Assembly (NCBI GenBank): GCA_963422395.1
Contig: OY729431.1
Span: 640,001 to 704,000, forward strand
Length of the DNA stretch: 64,000 nt
Direction: 5' to 3'
Origin: Vicinamibacteria bacterium
GTDB taxonomy: Bacteria; Acidobacteriota; Vicinamibacteria; Marinacidobacterales; Marinacidobacteraceae
Part shown: positions 28,222 to 38,028 of the stretch, piece after piece
How the letters are laid out: every line of letters begins with the position of its first letter
Numbering within the stretch: the stretch's first letter is position 1
Program-made: the position numbers and the translations under genes
Notes under the pieces: generated by a model
Databases searched by the model: none
Seen by the model: only the letters and a program-made list of their open reading frames with translations
Told to the model about the DNA's origin: nothing

Positions 28222-28276
28222 TATAGCGACCTTAGCGAGATTATCTCATCTTGGTAATCTCGCTAAGATCGCTATA
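28222..28276. promoter_or_regulatory. 22-bp inverted repeat, 11-bp spacer; candidate operator
   Basis: TATAGCGACCTTAGCGAGATTA / TAATCTCGCTAAGATCGCTATA, 21/22 complementary, AT-rich, 26 nt upstream of the ATPase ATG. Confidence 0.7.
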
Positions 28277-28325
28277 GATCGAACAGGTGCGCCGCTGTGA
28301 GGAGCTGGTCGGCGCTCCCCGGCGG

Positions 28326-31300
28326 TCAGGAGGCCGGGATCGGTTCGTCCGACGGGGCGGGAGCGGCAGACGCTCGGGCAGAGCTCTGCCGCCAGAGGCG
28401 GCGCGCCCGGACGGCGAGGTCGTCGAGCAGGGTGTAGAAGAAGGGGAGGATCACCAGGGTGAGGACGGTGGACGCCGCCAAGCCGCCGATGACCGTGCGG
28501 GCGAGGGGGAAGTAGTAGAGCCCGTCGAGCCCGGTCCTCCCGATCCCCATCGGCACCAGGGCGAGCATGGTGGCGCCGGCGGTCATCAGGATCGGCCGCA
28601 GCCGGTCGCGGCCGCCGGTGAGCAGCGCCTGAGTGCGCTCCATGCCCTCTCGGCGCAGCCGGTTCACATGGTCGATCAGCACGATGCCGTTCTTCACCAC
28701 GATCCCCATCAGGATGAGCATCCCGATCTGGGCCATCAGGTTGAAGGGGCTGTTCGTCGCGAGCAGCAGCCAGGCGGCGCCCCACAGCGCGTAGGGGATC
28801 GAGATGAGGATGGCGAGCGGGTGGATGAGCGACTCGAACTGCGCCGCCATCACGATGTAGATGAGGAGAAGGGCGAGCAAGTAGTTCACCGCCATGCTCT
28901 GGAGGTCGGTGTCCTGCTGCTCGATCCGGTCGCCGAAGGACCAGGCATACCCCGGGGGCAGGGCCATGGCGTCCATCTCGGTCTCGATCTGCTCGCGCGC
29001 CGCCTCCCAATCCTCCCCCTCGTAGGCGGCCTCGAGGGCGGCGACCGCCTTGCGGTCCACCCGCCGGATCGCCCGGCTTCGCTCGACGATCTCGAAATCG
29101 GCGAGGTCTCCGAGCGGGGCCGGCGCGCCGGAAGCGGAGATCAGGGTGAAGTTCCGCAGATCGTCCACTCGCGAGACATCCTTCCGCGACATCGCGAGCC
29201 GCACCTCGGCTTCCCGCTCCTCGGTCTGGAAGCGGCGGAGCGGGCGGCCGCCGAGACTGAACCCGAAGATCTCCGAAAGGTCTCGCGGGGTGATGCCGAG
29301 CCGGGCCGCTGCTTCCGGCCGGGGGCGGACGATGACTTCCTTTCGCGGTGTCTGCTCCCGGTTGCGAAGTTCGGCGACCCCCTCGACTCCGGCCAGGCGA
29401 TGCTCCGCCTCGACGAGCAGATCGGCGAGCCGCTCGGAATCCTCGCCGTAGAGCCGAACCCGGAAGAACATGCTCTCGCCGCCGGTCTCCTGATCGTCGT
29501 CTCCACCGAACACGATCCGCGCACCGGGCAGGGTCGGCAGCGTCTCGCGGACGGTTTCGCGGAGCTCCTTCCCCTCGGCGTCGGAGATGTGCCGTTCGCC
29601 GAAGGAGATCACCGTCTGCGCCTCGTTCTCGGCGAAGTAGCTGTACACCGACTCGATCCCGAGCGGCTCGCGGAGCGAGGCGAGGGCGCGCTCGACGGAC
29701 AGCACCGCGCGCTCGGAGTCCTCCCGGTAGTGGAAATCGGAGAACTCGTAGGCGAGGAAGACCCGGTTCCGGTTGAACCCCGAGAACACCGCGGTCTGGA
29801 GCCCGAGGAAGAACGGGGCGATCGCGGAGATCAGGAACACCGCTGCGATCCCTGCGGTGAGGAAGCGGCGGCGGAGGGTGAAGCGCAGGACACGCTCGTA
29901 GAACGCGCCGAGCCGCTCGGTCCAGCGGGGTGCGACGGACGGCTTGCGGGCGAGCAGGCGCGAACTCATCAGCGGGATCAGGGTGAGCGAGAGGAACAGC
30001 GAACAGAAGATCGTCAGCGAGATCGCCAGGCCGATCTCCCCGAGCCAGATCGAGAGGGCATTCTTCGAGCCCACCACGGTCGGCAGGAACACCACCGCGG
30101 TGGTGATCGTCGAGGCGATCACCGCTCCCGACACTGCCTGCGCGCCGCTGATCGCCGCGATCTTCGCCGGGAGGCCCCGGCCGTGCTCCCGGACGATGGA
30201 CTCGAGAACGACGATCGCGTCGTCCACCAGCAGACCGATCCCGAGCATGATCCCCATCATCGAGAGGACATTCAGCGACTTGCCCGCGAAGTAGAGGACG
30301 GTCGCGGTGGCGATGATGGACATCGGGATCGTCAGGCTGACGATCGAGGTGGTATCCATCCGCCGCAGGAAGAGGAAGAGGACGAACACCGCGAGCAGCG
30401 CGCCGAGGAAGCCTTCGGTGCGGATCCCGGCGAGGCCCGAGGTGATCTGCGCCGCCTGGTCTTCCCAGACGAACAGGTGGATGCCGGCGAGTGCCGGGTC
30501 GGCGGCGATCTCGTTCTCGATCAACTCGCCCACCGCAGTGGCCACTTCCACGGTGTTCGCTTCCGCGCTCTTGAACACCGTCAGCCCGATGGCGGCCTCG
30601 TCGTTCAGGCGCCGGCCGTAGGGGATGGGCGGCTCCCGGTAGGTCACCTCAGCGACATCCGAGATCGATAGCCCCCGGTCGTCGAGCGGCAGGCTGCCGA
30701 TCTCGTCGATCGTGGAGAGCGCGCCGAAGCCTCGAACCGGAGTCACCTGATCCTCCGCCCGGATCCGCCCGAGCGACACATTGCGGTTCATCGCGGAAAC
30801 GCGCTCGAAGACCTCGGAGATATCCACCCGGTGGGCGGTCAGCCGGTCGAGGCGCAGGTCGATCCGCACCTCGCGCGGCTCGACCCCGTTCAGCTCGACC
30901 CGGGCCACTCCCGGAATCCGCCGGATGGGGTCGGCGATGCGGCGCTCGAGGCGGTCGTAGTTCGCCGAGAGGTCCATCCCGGGCGCGGAGATGCGCGCCT
31001 CGACGATCGGGATCTGCGTCGTGGAGAAGGTGTCCACCTGGATCTTCCGCACATCGGGGGGAAGCTGCGGGCGGGCGTCCTCCACGGCTTCGAAGACCTT
31101 GGCGCGCGCCACATCCACCGTCTCCCCCCAGGTGAACTGCAGCTGGAGTTGGGCGCTGTCGGCGGTGGCGGTCGAGTAGATGCGCCGGGCGCCGGGAATC
31201 GTGGCGAGCGCCTCTTCGAGCGGCCGGACGATCTCTCGCTCGATCTGCCGCGGGCTCGCGTTCTCGTAGGGCACGGTGACGAAGACTCCGGGGAAGTCCA

Positions 31301-31418
31301 CATCGGGCAGGAAGGCCAGTGGAATCCGCGGGAACGAGATGCCGCCGAGCACCAGCAGGCTGAGGAGCAGCATCGCGGTGGTGACCGGGCGGTTCACCGA
31401 GAGGCGGGGGAGACTCAT
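28326..31418 (-). CDS. RND efflux permease (AcrB family)
   Basis: MSLPRLSVNRPVTT start; GIGLLVDDAIVVLE, GIVVKNGIVLID, RLRPILMT; ATGA overlap with upstream permease. Confidence 0.92.
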   Translation of the reverse strand: MSLPRLSVNRPVTTAMLLLSLLVLGGISFPRIPLAFLPDVDFPGVFVTVPYENASPRQIEREIVRPLEEALATIPGARRIYSTATADSAQLQLQFTWGETVDVARAKVFEAVEDARPQLPPDVRKIQVDTFSTTQIPIVEARISAPGMDLSANYDRLERRIADPIRRIPGVARVELNGVEPREVRIDLRLDRLTAHRVDISEVFERVSAMNRNVSLGRIRAEDQVTPVRGFGALSTIDEIGSLPLDDRGLSISDVAEVTYREPPIPYGRRLNDEAAIGLTVFKSAEANTVEVATAVGELIENEIAADPALAGIHLFVWEDQAAQITSGLAGIRTEGFLGALLAVFVLFLFLRRMDTTSIVSLTIPMSIIATATVLYFAGKSLNVLSMMGIMLGIGLLVDDAIVVLESIVREHGRGLPAKIAAISGAQAVSGAVIASTITTAVVFLPTVVGSKNALSIWLGEIGLAISLTIFCSLFLSLTLIPLMSSRLLARKPSVAPRWTERLGAFYERVLRFTLRRRFLTAGIAAVFLISAIAPFFLGLQTAVFSGFNRNRVFLAYEFSDFHYREDSERAVLSVERALASLREPLGIESVYSYFAENEAQTVISFGERHISDAEGKELRETVRETLPTLPGARIVFGGDDDQETGGESMFFRVRLYGEDSERLADLLVEAEHRLAGVEGVAELRNREQTPRKEVIVRPRPEAAARLGITPRDLSEIFGFSLGGRPLRRFQTEEREAEVRLAMSRKDVSRVDDLRNFTLISASGAPAPLGDLADFEIVERSRAIRRVDRKAVAALEAAYEGEDWEAAREQIETEMDAMALPPGYAWSFGDRIEQQDTDLQSMAVNYLLALLLIYIVMAAQFESLIHPLAILISIPYALWGAAWLLLATNSPFNLMAQIGMLILMGIVVKNGIVLIDHVNRLRREGMERTQALLTGGRDRLRPILMTAGATMLALVPMGIGRTGLDGLYYFPLARTVIGGLAASTVLTLVILPFFYTLLDDLAVRARRLWRQSSARASAAPAPSDEPIPAS

Positions 31419-34400
31419 GCGGCGAATCGTTTGCGGTCGAACACCGAATAGGCGGTCGGGATGACGATCAGGGTCAGCGCGGTCGAGACCAGGAGCCCGC
31501 CGATCACGGTGATCGCCATCGGTCCCCGGATCTCCGCCCCTTCTCCCAGCCCGATCGCCATCGGGGTCAGTCCGAGGATGGTGGTGAGGGTGGTCATCAG
31601 GATCGGTCGCAATCGAATCCGGCCGGCGGCGACGATCGCCTCCGCCTTCTCCATCCCCTCGGCGCGCAGCCGGTTGATGCAGTCCACCAGCACGATGGCG
31701 TTCTTCACCACGATGCCGGCGAGCATGACCACCCCGATCAGCACGATCACGCTCAGGGTGGAGCCGGAGAGCAGCAGCGCCCACACCACCCCGATCGCTC
31801 CGAGCGGGATCGTGAACAGGATGAGGAAGGGGTGCAGCAGCGACTCGAACTGGCTGGCCATCACGAAGTACACCAGGAAGATGGCCAGGCCGATGGCGAG
31901 GGCGAGGCTGGCGAAGGAACGCTCCATCTCCTCGCGCTGCCCGCCGAAGCGGGTTTCGACGCCGGAGTCGAGGCCGAGCCCGGCGACGCGGGTTCCGATC
32001 GCCTCGGTGGCCCCGGCGAGGTCCACGCCGTCGAGATTCCCCGAGATCACCACCGCCGGCCGCTGGCCGACCCGGCGGAGCTCCGCCGGACCCTCGCTCA
32101 GCGCCGCGTCGCCGAGCGCGCGGAGCGGCACTGCCCGGGCGTCGGCGGCGTGGACGATCAGCTCGGGCACCGCGGCGGCGCGCGAGCGCAGTTCCTCGCC
32201 GCCCCGCACCACGATGTCCACCCGGCGGTCGCCCTCGTCGAGCCGGGTGGCCACTTCGCCGCGGAGCTGCGAGCGGAGTCCGGCGGAAGCCTGGTCCACG
32301 GTGAGGCCCAGGCTCGCAAGCCGGTCGGCGGCGAACCGGACCCGGATCTCGGGGCTGCCCGCTTCGGCGCTCGAACGGACGTCGGCGAGTCCGGGCACCT
32401 GGGCGACCGCCTCCCGGATCCGGCGGGCGCTCGGAACGAGCAGCGAACGATCCTCGGAAAAGACTTCGACCTCCACCGGGCGGCGGAAGCTGAAATAGGA
32501 GGGCCGCCCGAACTCGTAGCGGACTCCGGGCCTTCGCGCCAGCTCGGCGCGGACCTGCTCCACCACCATCGCCTCGGCGTCCTGGTCTCCCCGGTCGGCC
32601 ATCACCACTCCGATCCGCCCCCGATGTTCGGCCCGCCCGGCGCTCCCGGCGAATCCGGCTCCGGAAGTGGTGCCGGCCTCGGTCGTCACCCGCTCGACCG
32701 CCGGGTTCCCGCGGGCGGACTGGGCCACTTCCTCCACCACCGCGTCGGTCGCGGTCACTGCGGATCCCTCCGGCAGATGGACATCGAAGTGGAACTCTCC
32801 CTGCGAGAGCGCCGGGATGAGTTCGACGCCGATGGCGGCCCGGCCTGCAGCCAGGGAACCGGTGAAGAGCGCCGCGGCGAGGACGAAGACGATCCCCGGG
32901 TGGCGGAGCGCAGCGCGGAGCGCTGGCGGATAGGCGTGCGCCAAGGCGTTCTCGGCGGCGGTGAAGCCGCGGAAGACCGGCCGGAAGGGAAAGGCGAGGG
33001 TGCGCCCCGCCGCCCGCACCCCCCGGCGAATCCAGCCCAGCACCCGGGCAGGGGCCGTCCGGCGCCCGTCGAGCGCGGTTTCGTCGGGCGAGGAGGAGGA
33101 GGAGGCGCCGCGGCTGGCGAGCACCGGGATGAGCGCCAGCGAGAAGCCGAGCGAGGCGAGGATCGAGATGGAGACGGTGAGCGCCTGGTCGCGGAAGAGC
33201 TGTCCGGCGACGCCCTCGACGAAGACGATGGGAAGGAAGACTGCGACGGTGGTCAGCGTGGAGGCGATCACCGGGCCCGCCACCTCGGCGGCCCCCGCGA
33301 TCGCTGCCTCGGTAGCCGGCTCGCCTCCGCCGCGCCGCCGGTGGATGGCTTCGAGCACCACGATGGAGTCGTCGAGCAGCATCCCCACCCCGAGAGCCAG
33401 CCCCCCGAGCGACATGATGTTCAGCGAGAGCCCCATCTGCTGCATCACGAAGAAGGTGGCGATCACCGAAACCGGGATGGCCATCGCCACCACCGAAGTC
33501 GCCCGCCGGTCGCGCAGGAAGAGCGCGATCACCAGGATGGCGAGCAGGCCGCCTTCCCAGGCGTTCCGCACCACCTCGGAGATAGCCCCCTCGATGAACT
33601 GCGACTGGTCGAAGAGCACGGTGAGCGAGACACCCTCGGGAGCCGAGTCGGAAACCGCTTCCAGGCGCGCCCGCAATCCCTCGGCGACGCTCACGGTGTT
33701 CTGGTCCCCTTCCTTGAAGACCCGCACTTCGACCCCCTCGGCTCCGTTCTCCCGCAGGATCACTTCCTGGTCCTTGAAACCGGAGCGGATCTCGGCCACA
33801 TCCCGGATGCGCACCAGGCGCTCCTCGGCGCCCTTCACGATCACCGCCCCGATCCGTTCGAGGGTGTCGAGCTCGTTCAGAGTGCGGACCAGGTAGCGCG
33901 CTTCGTCCTCGTACACGCTGCCGCCGGCGAGGTTCACATGGTTTGCGGCCACGGCATCCCGAACCTCGAGGGCGGTGATGCCGTAGGCGGCGAGCCGCCC
34001 GTCGTTCACATCCACCTGGATTTCTCGGGTGAGCCCCCCCTCGATCCGCACCGCGGCGACTCCCTCCACCGCGTCGAGGTCCTTCTTCAGGTCCTCTTCG
34101 GTCCACTGCCGGATGGCTTCGAGCGGGAGGTCCCCGGAGACGCCGATGCGGAAGACCGCGTCGGACGCCGGATCGAAACGGAGGAGGCGGGGGCGTTCGG
34201 CGTCTTCGGGCAGCAGGACCCCGTCCAGCTTCTCCCGGACATCGAGCCCGGCGAAGTCCATGTCGGTGTCCCAGACGAATTCCAGGGTGACTTCCGAGGC
34301 GCCGGCCCGCGAGCGCGAGGTGACGCGGCGGAGTCCTGGAACGACCGACGCGGCCTCTTCGACCGGGCGGGTCACCAGCGTCTCGACCTCGATCGGCGCG

Positions 34401-34564
34401 GCGCCGGGCATCCGGGTCTCGACGGTGAGGGTGGGGTAGGAGATCTCCGGAAGGAGATTTACCGGCAGCCGCCCGAGGGCCACCAGCCCGAAGACGCAGG
34501 CGGCCACCGTGAACATGAGGGCGCTCACCGGGCGTCGGATGCAGGCGGCGATGATGGATTTCAT
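31415..34564 (-). CDS. RND efflux permease (AcrB family)
   Basis: GVGMLLDDSIVVLE, GIVVKNAIVLVD, RLRPILMTT; ~1050 aa. Confidence 0.93.
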   Translation of the reverse strand: MKSIIAACIRRPVSALMFTVAACVFGLVALGRLPVNLLPEISYPTLTVETRMPGAAPIEVETLVTRPVEEAASVVPGLRRVTSRSRAGASEVTLEFVWDTDMDFAGLDVREKLDGVLLPEDAERPRLLRFDPASDAVFRIGVSGDLPLEAIRQWTEEDLKKDLDAVEGVAAVRIEGGLTREIQVDVNDGRLAAYGITALEVRDAVAANHVNLAGGSVYEDEARYLVRTLNELDTLERIGAVIVKGAEERLVRIRDVAEIRSGFKDQEVILRENGAEGVEVRVFKEGDQNTVSVAEGLRARLEAVSDSAPEGVSLTVLFDQSQFIEGAISEVVRNAWEGGLLAILVIALFLRDRRATSVVAMAIPVSVIATFFVMQQMGLSLNIMSLGGLALGVGMLLDDSIVVLEAIHRRRGGGEPATEAAIAGAAEVAGPVIASTLTTVAVFLPIVFVEGVAGQLFRDQALTVSISILASLGFSLALIPVLASRGASSSSSPDETALDGRRTAPARVLGWIRRGVRAAGRTLAFPFRPVFRGFTAAENALAHAYPPALRAALRHPGIVFVLAAALFTGSLAAGRAAIGVELIPALSQGEFHFDVHLPEGSAVTATDAVVEEVAQSARGNPAVERVTTEAGTTSGAGFAGSAGRAEHRGRIGVVMADRGDQDAEAMVVEQVRAELARRPGVRYEFGRPSYFSFRRPVEVEVFSEDRSLLVPSARRIREAVAQVPGLADVRSSAEAGSPEIRVRFAADRLASLGLTVDQASAGLRSQLRGEVATRLDEGDRRVDIVVRGGEELRSRAAAVPELIVHAADARAVPLRALGDAALSEGPAELRRVGQRPAVVISGNLDGVDLAGATEAIGTRVAGLGLDSGVETRFGGQREEMERSFASLALAIGLAIFLVYFVMASQFESLLHPFLILFTIPLGAIGVVWALLLSGSTLSVIVLIGVVMLAGIVVKNAIVLVDCINRLRAEGMEKAEAIVAAGRIRLRPILMTTLTTILGLTPMAIGLGEGAEIRGPMAITVIGGLLVSTALTLIVIPTAYSVFDRKRFAA

Positions 34565-34700
34565 GGGAGGGGATTCAAGACCGGGGTTTCGGGTGCCGGG
34601 GGGGCAGTGGAGAGGATTTCAGGGTAGAGACTTCAGGGCCGGGACTTCGCTGGAGGGGTCCTCCCCGAAGCGTTTTCGCGGCGCCGAAGGCCCCGAAAGC

Positions 34701-35888
34701 TCAGTTCGGAGAGGCCGCCCCGGTTCCAGCGGGGTTCCTGCCAGCAGGTTTTCCGGCAGCGGCGGCCGGGTTCGCCGTCGGCGTCAGGACTTCGACCGGC
34801 GCCCCGTCAGCGAGCGTCGTCTGTCCGGCGACCACCACCTGCGCTCCGGCTTCGAGGCCCTGCGAGAATTCGAGGAGCGCCCCTTCGGGGGTCTCCATCT
34901 CGGCCCCGAGGGTCACTTCCCGCAGCACCGCCTTTCCGTCCTCGACGACGAAGACATGGGCCCCGGCCTCGCCCTGCAGCACGCCGCGCTTCGGTGCGAG
35001 CACCGCGTTCTCGCGGCGGCCGGTCTCGATCGAGACCCGGGCGAACGATCCGGGGCGGACGACCGCGCCCGCCGCCTGGGAAAGGGCCACCGTCACCTTC
35101 ACCGTACCGGTGCTCCGGTCCACGATCGGGCTCACCTCGCGGATGGTTCCGGCGAATCCGGCTCCGCTGACCTCCGACTCGGGGCGCACCAGCGCCGACT
35201 GGCCGGGAGACAGCCCCCGGACATCCCGTTCGGGCACATAGAGCCGGGTGATGAGGGTGTCGAAATCGGCCAGGGTGAGGAGATGCTGCCCCGGATCGAG
35301 GTGTCCGCCGGCGACCAGCAGCAGCTCGGTGATTCGGCCTGCGAAGGGAGCGTGGATATCGGTCCGTTCCAGCGCGAGTTGGGCGCTCGAGAGCTCCGAA
35401 GCCGACAGGTCACGGTCGAAACGCGCCTTCTCGTAGTCGTATTCGGAGACCAGCTCCTGCTCGAAGGCGCGCTCCTGGCGCGAGAGTTCCGCCTCGGCGC
35501 GCGCCAGTCGGAGTTCGGCCTGCTGGAACGAGAGCCGCCGCTCGCGCGCATCCACTCGGGCGAGCACTTCGTTTCGGGCCACCGAGTCCCCCTCGCGCAC
35601 CCGGACCTCGGTGAGCACCCCCGAGGTCTCGGACAGGATCTTCGCGGTGCGCTCGGCCTCCACTGCGGAAGTGGTCGAGAGGTGGACCGCCACCGGGCCC
35701 AGACGCGCTTCGACTACCCGCACCGGGGTCGGATCGGCCTCGGGCGCGGCTTCCGCCGTTTCTGCCCTCGCCTGCCCCCCGCCCGCTTCGCTCGTCTCGG
35801 CGGCATTCGGGATGACGACCAGGACGCCGAGGGCGAGGGCGCCGAGGACCGCGGCGGAGACCAACACGATCACGCTGATTCGTTTCAT
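34701..35888 (-). CDS. RND efflux periplasmic adaptor subunit
   Basis: N-terminal TM, VREGDSV, IHAPFAGRI, VRPGSFARV; RBS AGGAAAGG. Confidence 0.9.
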   Translation of the reverse strand: MKRISVIVLVSAAVLGALALGVLVVIPNAAETSEAGGGQARAETAEAAPEADPTPVRVVEARLGPVAVHLSTTSAVEAERTAKILSETSGVLTEVRVREGDSVARNEVLARVDARERRLSFQQAELRLARAEAELSRQERAFEQELVSEYDYEKARFDRDLSASELSSAQLALERTDIHAPFAGRITELLLVAGGHLDPGQHLLTLADFDTLITRLYVPERDVRGLSPGQSALVRPESEVSGAGFAGTIREVSPIVDRSTGTVKVTVALSQAAGAVVRPGSFARVSIETGRRENAVLAPKRGVLQGEAGAHVFVVEDGKAVLREVTLGAEMETPEGALLEFSQGLEAGAQVVVAGQTTLADGAPVEVLTPTANPAAAAGKPAGRNPAGTGAASPN

Positions 35889-36049
35889 GGCCTTTCCTAA
35901 CGGCCCGCCCCGCCCCCCGGTTCCCCGAGCCTCGCCTCCCGACCCCCGGAGCCTCCGCCCTCCCGAGCAGCAACCCGGCTCGCCTGCGACAATTGGCTCG
36001 AACGGCCGGCGGCGGTTAAAACCAGGCTGGCGGCGGAAGTGCCCGCCCG

Positions 36050-36121
36050 GCGCGGTTAGCTCAGCGGAAGAGCACCTGCCTTACACGCAGGGGGTCACAG
36101 GTTCGAATCCTGTACCGCGCA
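36050..36121 (+). tRNA. tRNA-Val(UAC), CCA not encoded
   Basis: Acceptor stem GCGCGGT/ACCGCGC + A; D arm AGCTCAGCGGAAGAGC; anticodon arm CCTGC-CTTACAC-GCAGG; T arm ACAGG-TTCGAAT-CCTGT. Confidence 0.97.
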
Positions 36122-36601
36122 CTGGGGAGGATCCGATGACTTACGACGACGAAGCTGCCGATCTCCTGCCGGGCGGACGGCCCGTTCGATCGCTGCCGCG
36201 ACGAGGTCGGGGTCCTCGTGCTCCCAGAAGCGCAGCACCCGCCACCGCGCCGCCTCCAGTTCGCGGCGGTGGCGCTCGTCGCGTTCGGCGTTCGCCCGCA
36301 GCTTCTGGAGCCAGAAGCGGCGGTTCGCCTGGGGGATCGAACGGTGTTCCGGACACGAATGCCAGAAGCAGCCGTCGAGGAAGGCGGCGACCCGGGGGCC
36401 GGCGAAGACGAGGTCGGGCCGCGCCCGGCTCACGCCGCCGGCGACCGCCCGATCCACCCGAAAACGGAGGCCGCGGGCGTGGACGCGCCGCCGCACCGCG
36501 ATCTCGAATGGGGTGTCGCGCCGCGGGGTGTTGCGCATCCGGTTCCGCACCGATTCGCTCGGAGGCACCACGACCGCCGGGGGTTCTTCCCCCGCGGCCA
36601 T
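36095..36601 (-). CDS. vsr: Very short patch repair endonuclease
   Basis: RDTPFEIAVRR, RPDLVF, FLDGCFWHSCPEH, FWLQKLRANAERD, WRVLRFWEHE; stop codon lies inside the tRNA. Confidence 0.9.
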   Translation of the reverse strand: MAAGEEPPAVVVPPSESVRNRMRNTPRRDTPFEIAVRRRVHARGLRFRVDRAVAGGVSRARPDLVFAGPRVAAFLDGCFWHSCPEHRSIPQANRRFWLQKLRANAERDERHRRELEAARWRVLRFWEHEDPDLVAAAIERAVRPAGDRQLRRRKSSDPPQCAVQDSNL

Positions 36602-36648
36602 CGGATTCGAAACGGCAGGACTCGAAGCTGGGTTCGAAGCGGTGGGGT

Positions 36649-38028
36649 TCAGCCGCGGCTCGCTGCCAGCTCGGGGCCGAGGACCGAGAGCGCCGCGGCG
36701 TAGCCGAGCGGCATCGGCACCGCATCGCCGATCCAGCGGGCCAGCTGGCTGCGGTTCGGCGGATTCTTCGGATCGGGGGCGAAGCGGTAGGTGTCGGGAA
36801 ACCCCTGCAGCCGGGCCGCCTCTCTCGGGGTGAGCGTGCGCGGCTCGGTGGGATGGACGAACCGCCCGCGCCCCGGCGTCAGGAAGCCGGTGGTGATGGT
36901 CGGCGCCGGGCGGTCTGGCCGCAGCCGGCCGTACACCGCGCGGTAGGTCGTGCCGTCGCGGTGGCATTCGGGCCGCTCCGATAGCCCCAGTTCATAGGCG
37001 TCGTTGTCGAAGAGCCAGGCGATCCGGGAACGGTTTTCCTCGCTCAGTTGCGCGACGGAGTGGAGCGGGTCTTTCGCATCGGTCTCTTCATCGGTCCCTT
37101 CGAGGTCGCCGATCGCCCACCAGAGCGGGCGCGGATCGGCCTCCGCGAGCCCGATCCGCAGCGCGGCGAATGCAATCGGCGATCCGGACCGGCGGGCGGC
37201 CAGGAAGAAGCGGCGCCGGGTCTGCGGCCACCCCATCCGATCGGCGGCGAGCACGCCGGTCTCGACCCGATAGCCGGCGGCTTCGAGCAGACCGCGGGCG
37301 GAATCCACCACCCGCGCCCGGTCGTTCTGGACCGCGGGCACATTCTCGATCAGCACCATCCGCGCCCCGGCCGCCACCGCGAACGCCGGCACCGCGAGGT
37401 AGAGGTAGTTGCGGGGGTCTTCCCGCCGGGTGTGGTTGTTCAGGTTCGAGTGCCCCTCGCACGGCGGTCCGGCCATCACCAGGTCCACCCCGCGGACCGC
37501 CTCGGCCAGTTCCTCGTCGAGGAACTCGGGGGGATAGACGAACTCGGCACCGCCCGACCCGCGGCGCACCCGGTAGTCGAGGAGATCGGCGACCGACGCC
37601 GTGCTCACCCGTCTCGCCGGGTGGTTCGCGGCATACACCGCCGCCGCCCCCCGGTCGAGATCGGCGATCAGCTCCCACCGTCCCCGGATCCCGGCCTCGT
37701 CGAGCAGCTGTCGAACCCCGAGCGCGAGCCCGCCGCTGCCGCAGAAGAGATCGGCGATGCGCAGGACGCCGCGCCCCGAGGGTCGGGCCGCGGGGCGGAG
37801 CCCGCCGAGGTAAGCCTGCCACCAGGCATCCTTCGCCGCCTTCGGGTCGGAGTTCGCGTCGGAGCTGGCATCGAAGGCCGCCCCGTCGAGCCCCGCCCTC
37901 AGCTCGGCTCCCCCCGTCCCGAGCCGCACCCGGTGGAACAGCCCCCCGGGTCTCGTCCGGTATTCCTCGCCCACCGGACCCCGCGGCAGCAGCAAACGGG
38001 GGGTGCCCGCTGCCGCGAGCGGGCTCAC
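36649..38028 (-). CDS. DNA (cytosine-5)-methyltransferase with N-terminal extension
   Basis: Motif I ADLFCGSGG, IV GPPCEG, VI ENV, VIII QTRRR, IX/X REAARLQGFPD / IGDAVP; GTG start overlaps upstream stop. Confidence 0.92.
   Translation of the reverse strand: MSPLAAAGTPRLLLPRGPVGEEYRTRPGGLFHRVRLGTGGAELRAGLDGAAFDASSDANSDPKAAKDAWWQAYLGGLRPAARPSGRGVLRIADLFCGSGGLALGVRQLLDEAGIRGRWELIADLDRGAAAVYAANHPARRVSTASVADLLDYRVRRGSGGAEFVYPPEFLDEELAEAVRGVDLVMAGPPCEGHSNLNNHTRREDPRNYLYLAVPAFAVAAGARMVLIENVPAVQNDRARVVDSARGLLEAAGYRVETGVLAADRMGWPQTRRRFFLAARRSGSPIAFAALRIGLAEADPRPLWWAIGDLEGTDEETDAKDPLHSVAQLSEENRSRIAWLFDNDAYELGLSERPECHRDGTTYRAVYGRLRPDRPAPTITTGFLTPGRGRFVHPTEPRTLTPREAARLQGFPDTYRFAPDPKNPPNRSQLARWIGDAVPMPLGYAAALSVLGPELAASRG

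Noticed and set aside
28326-34106. 1926-aa ORF as one giant protein
   Set aside because: First ~900 residues are an Arg/Gly/Pro-rich off-frame reading of the upstream permease; the real gene starts at 31418
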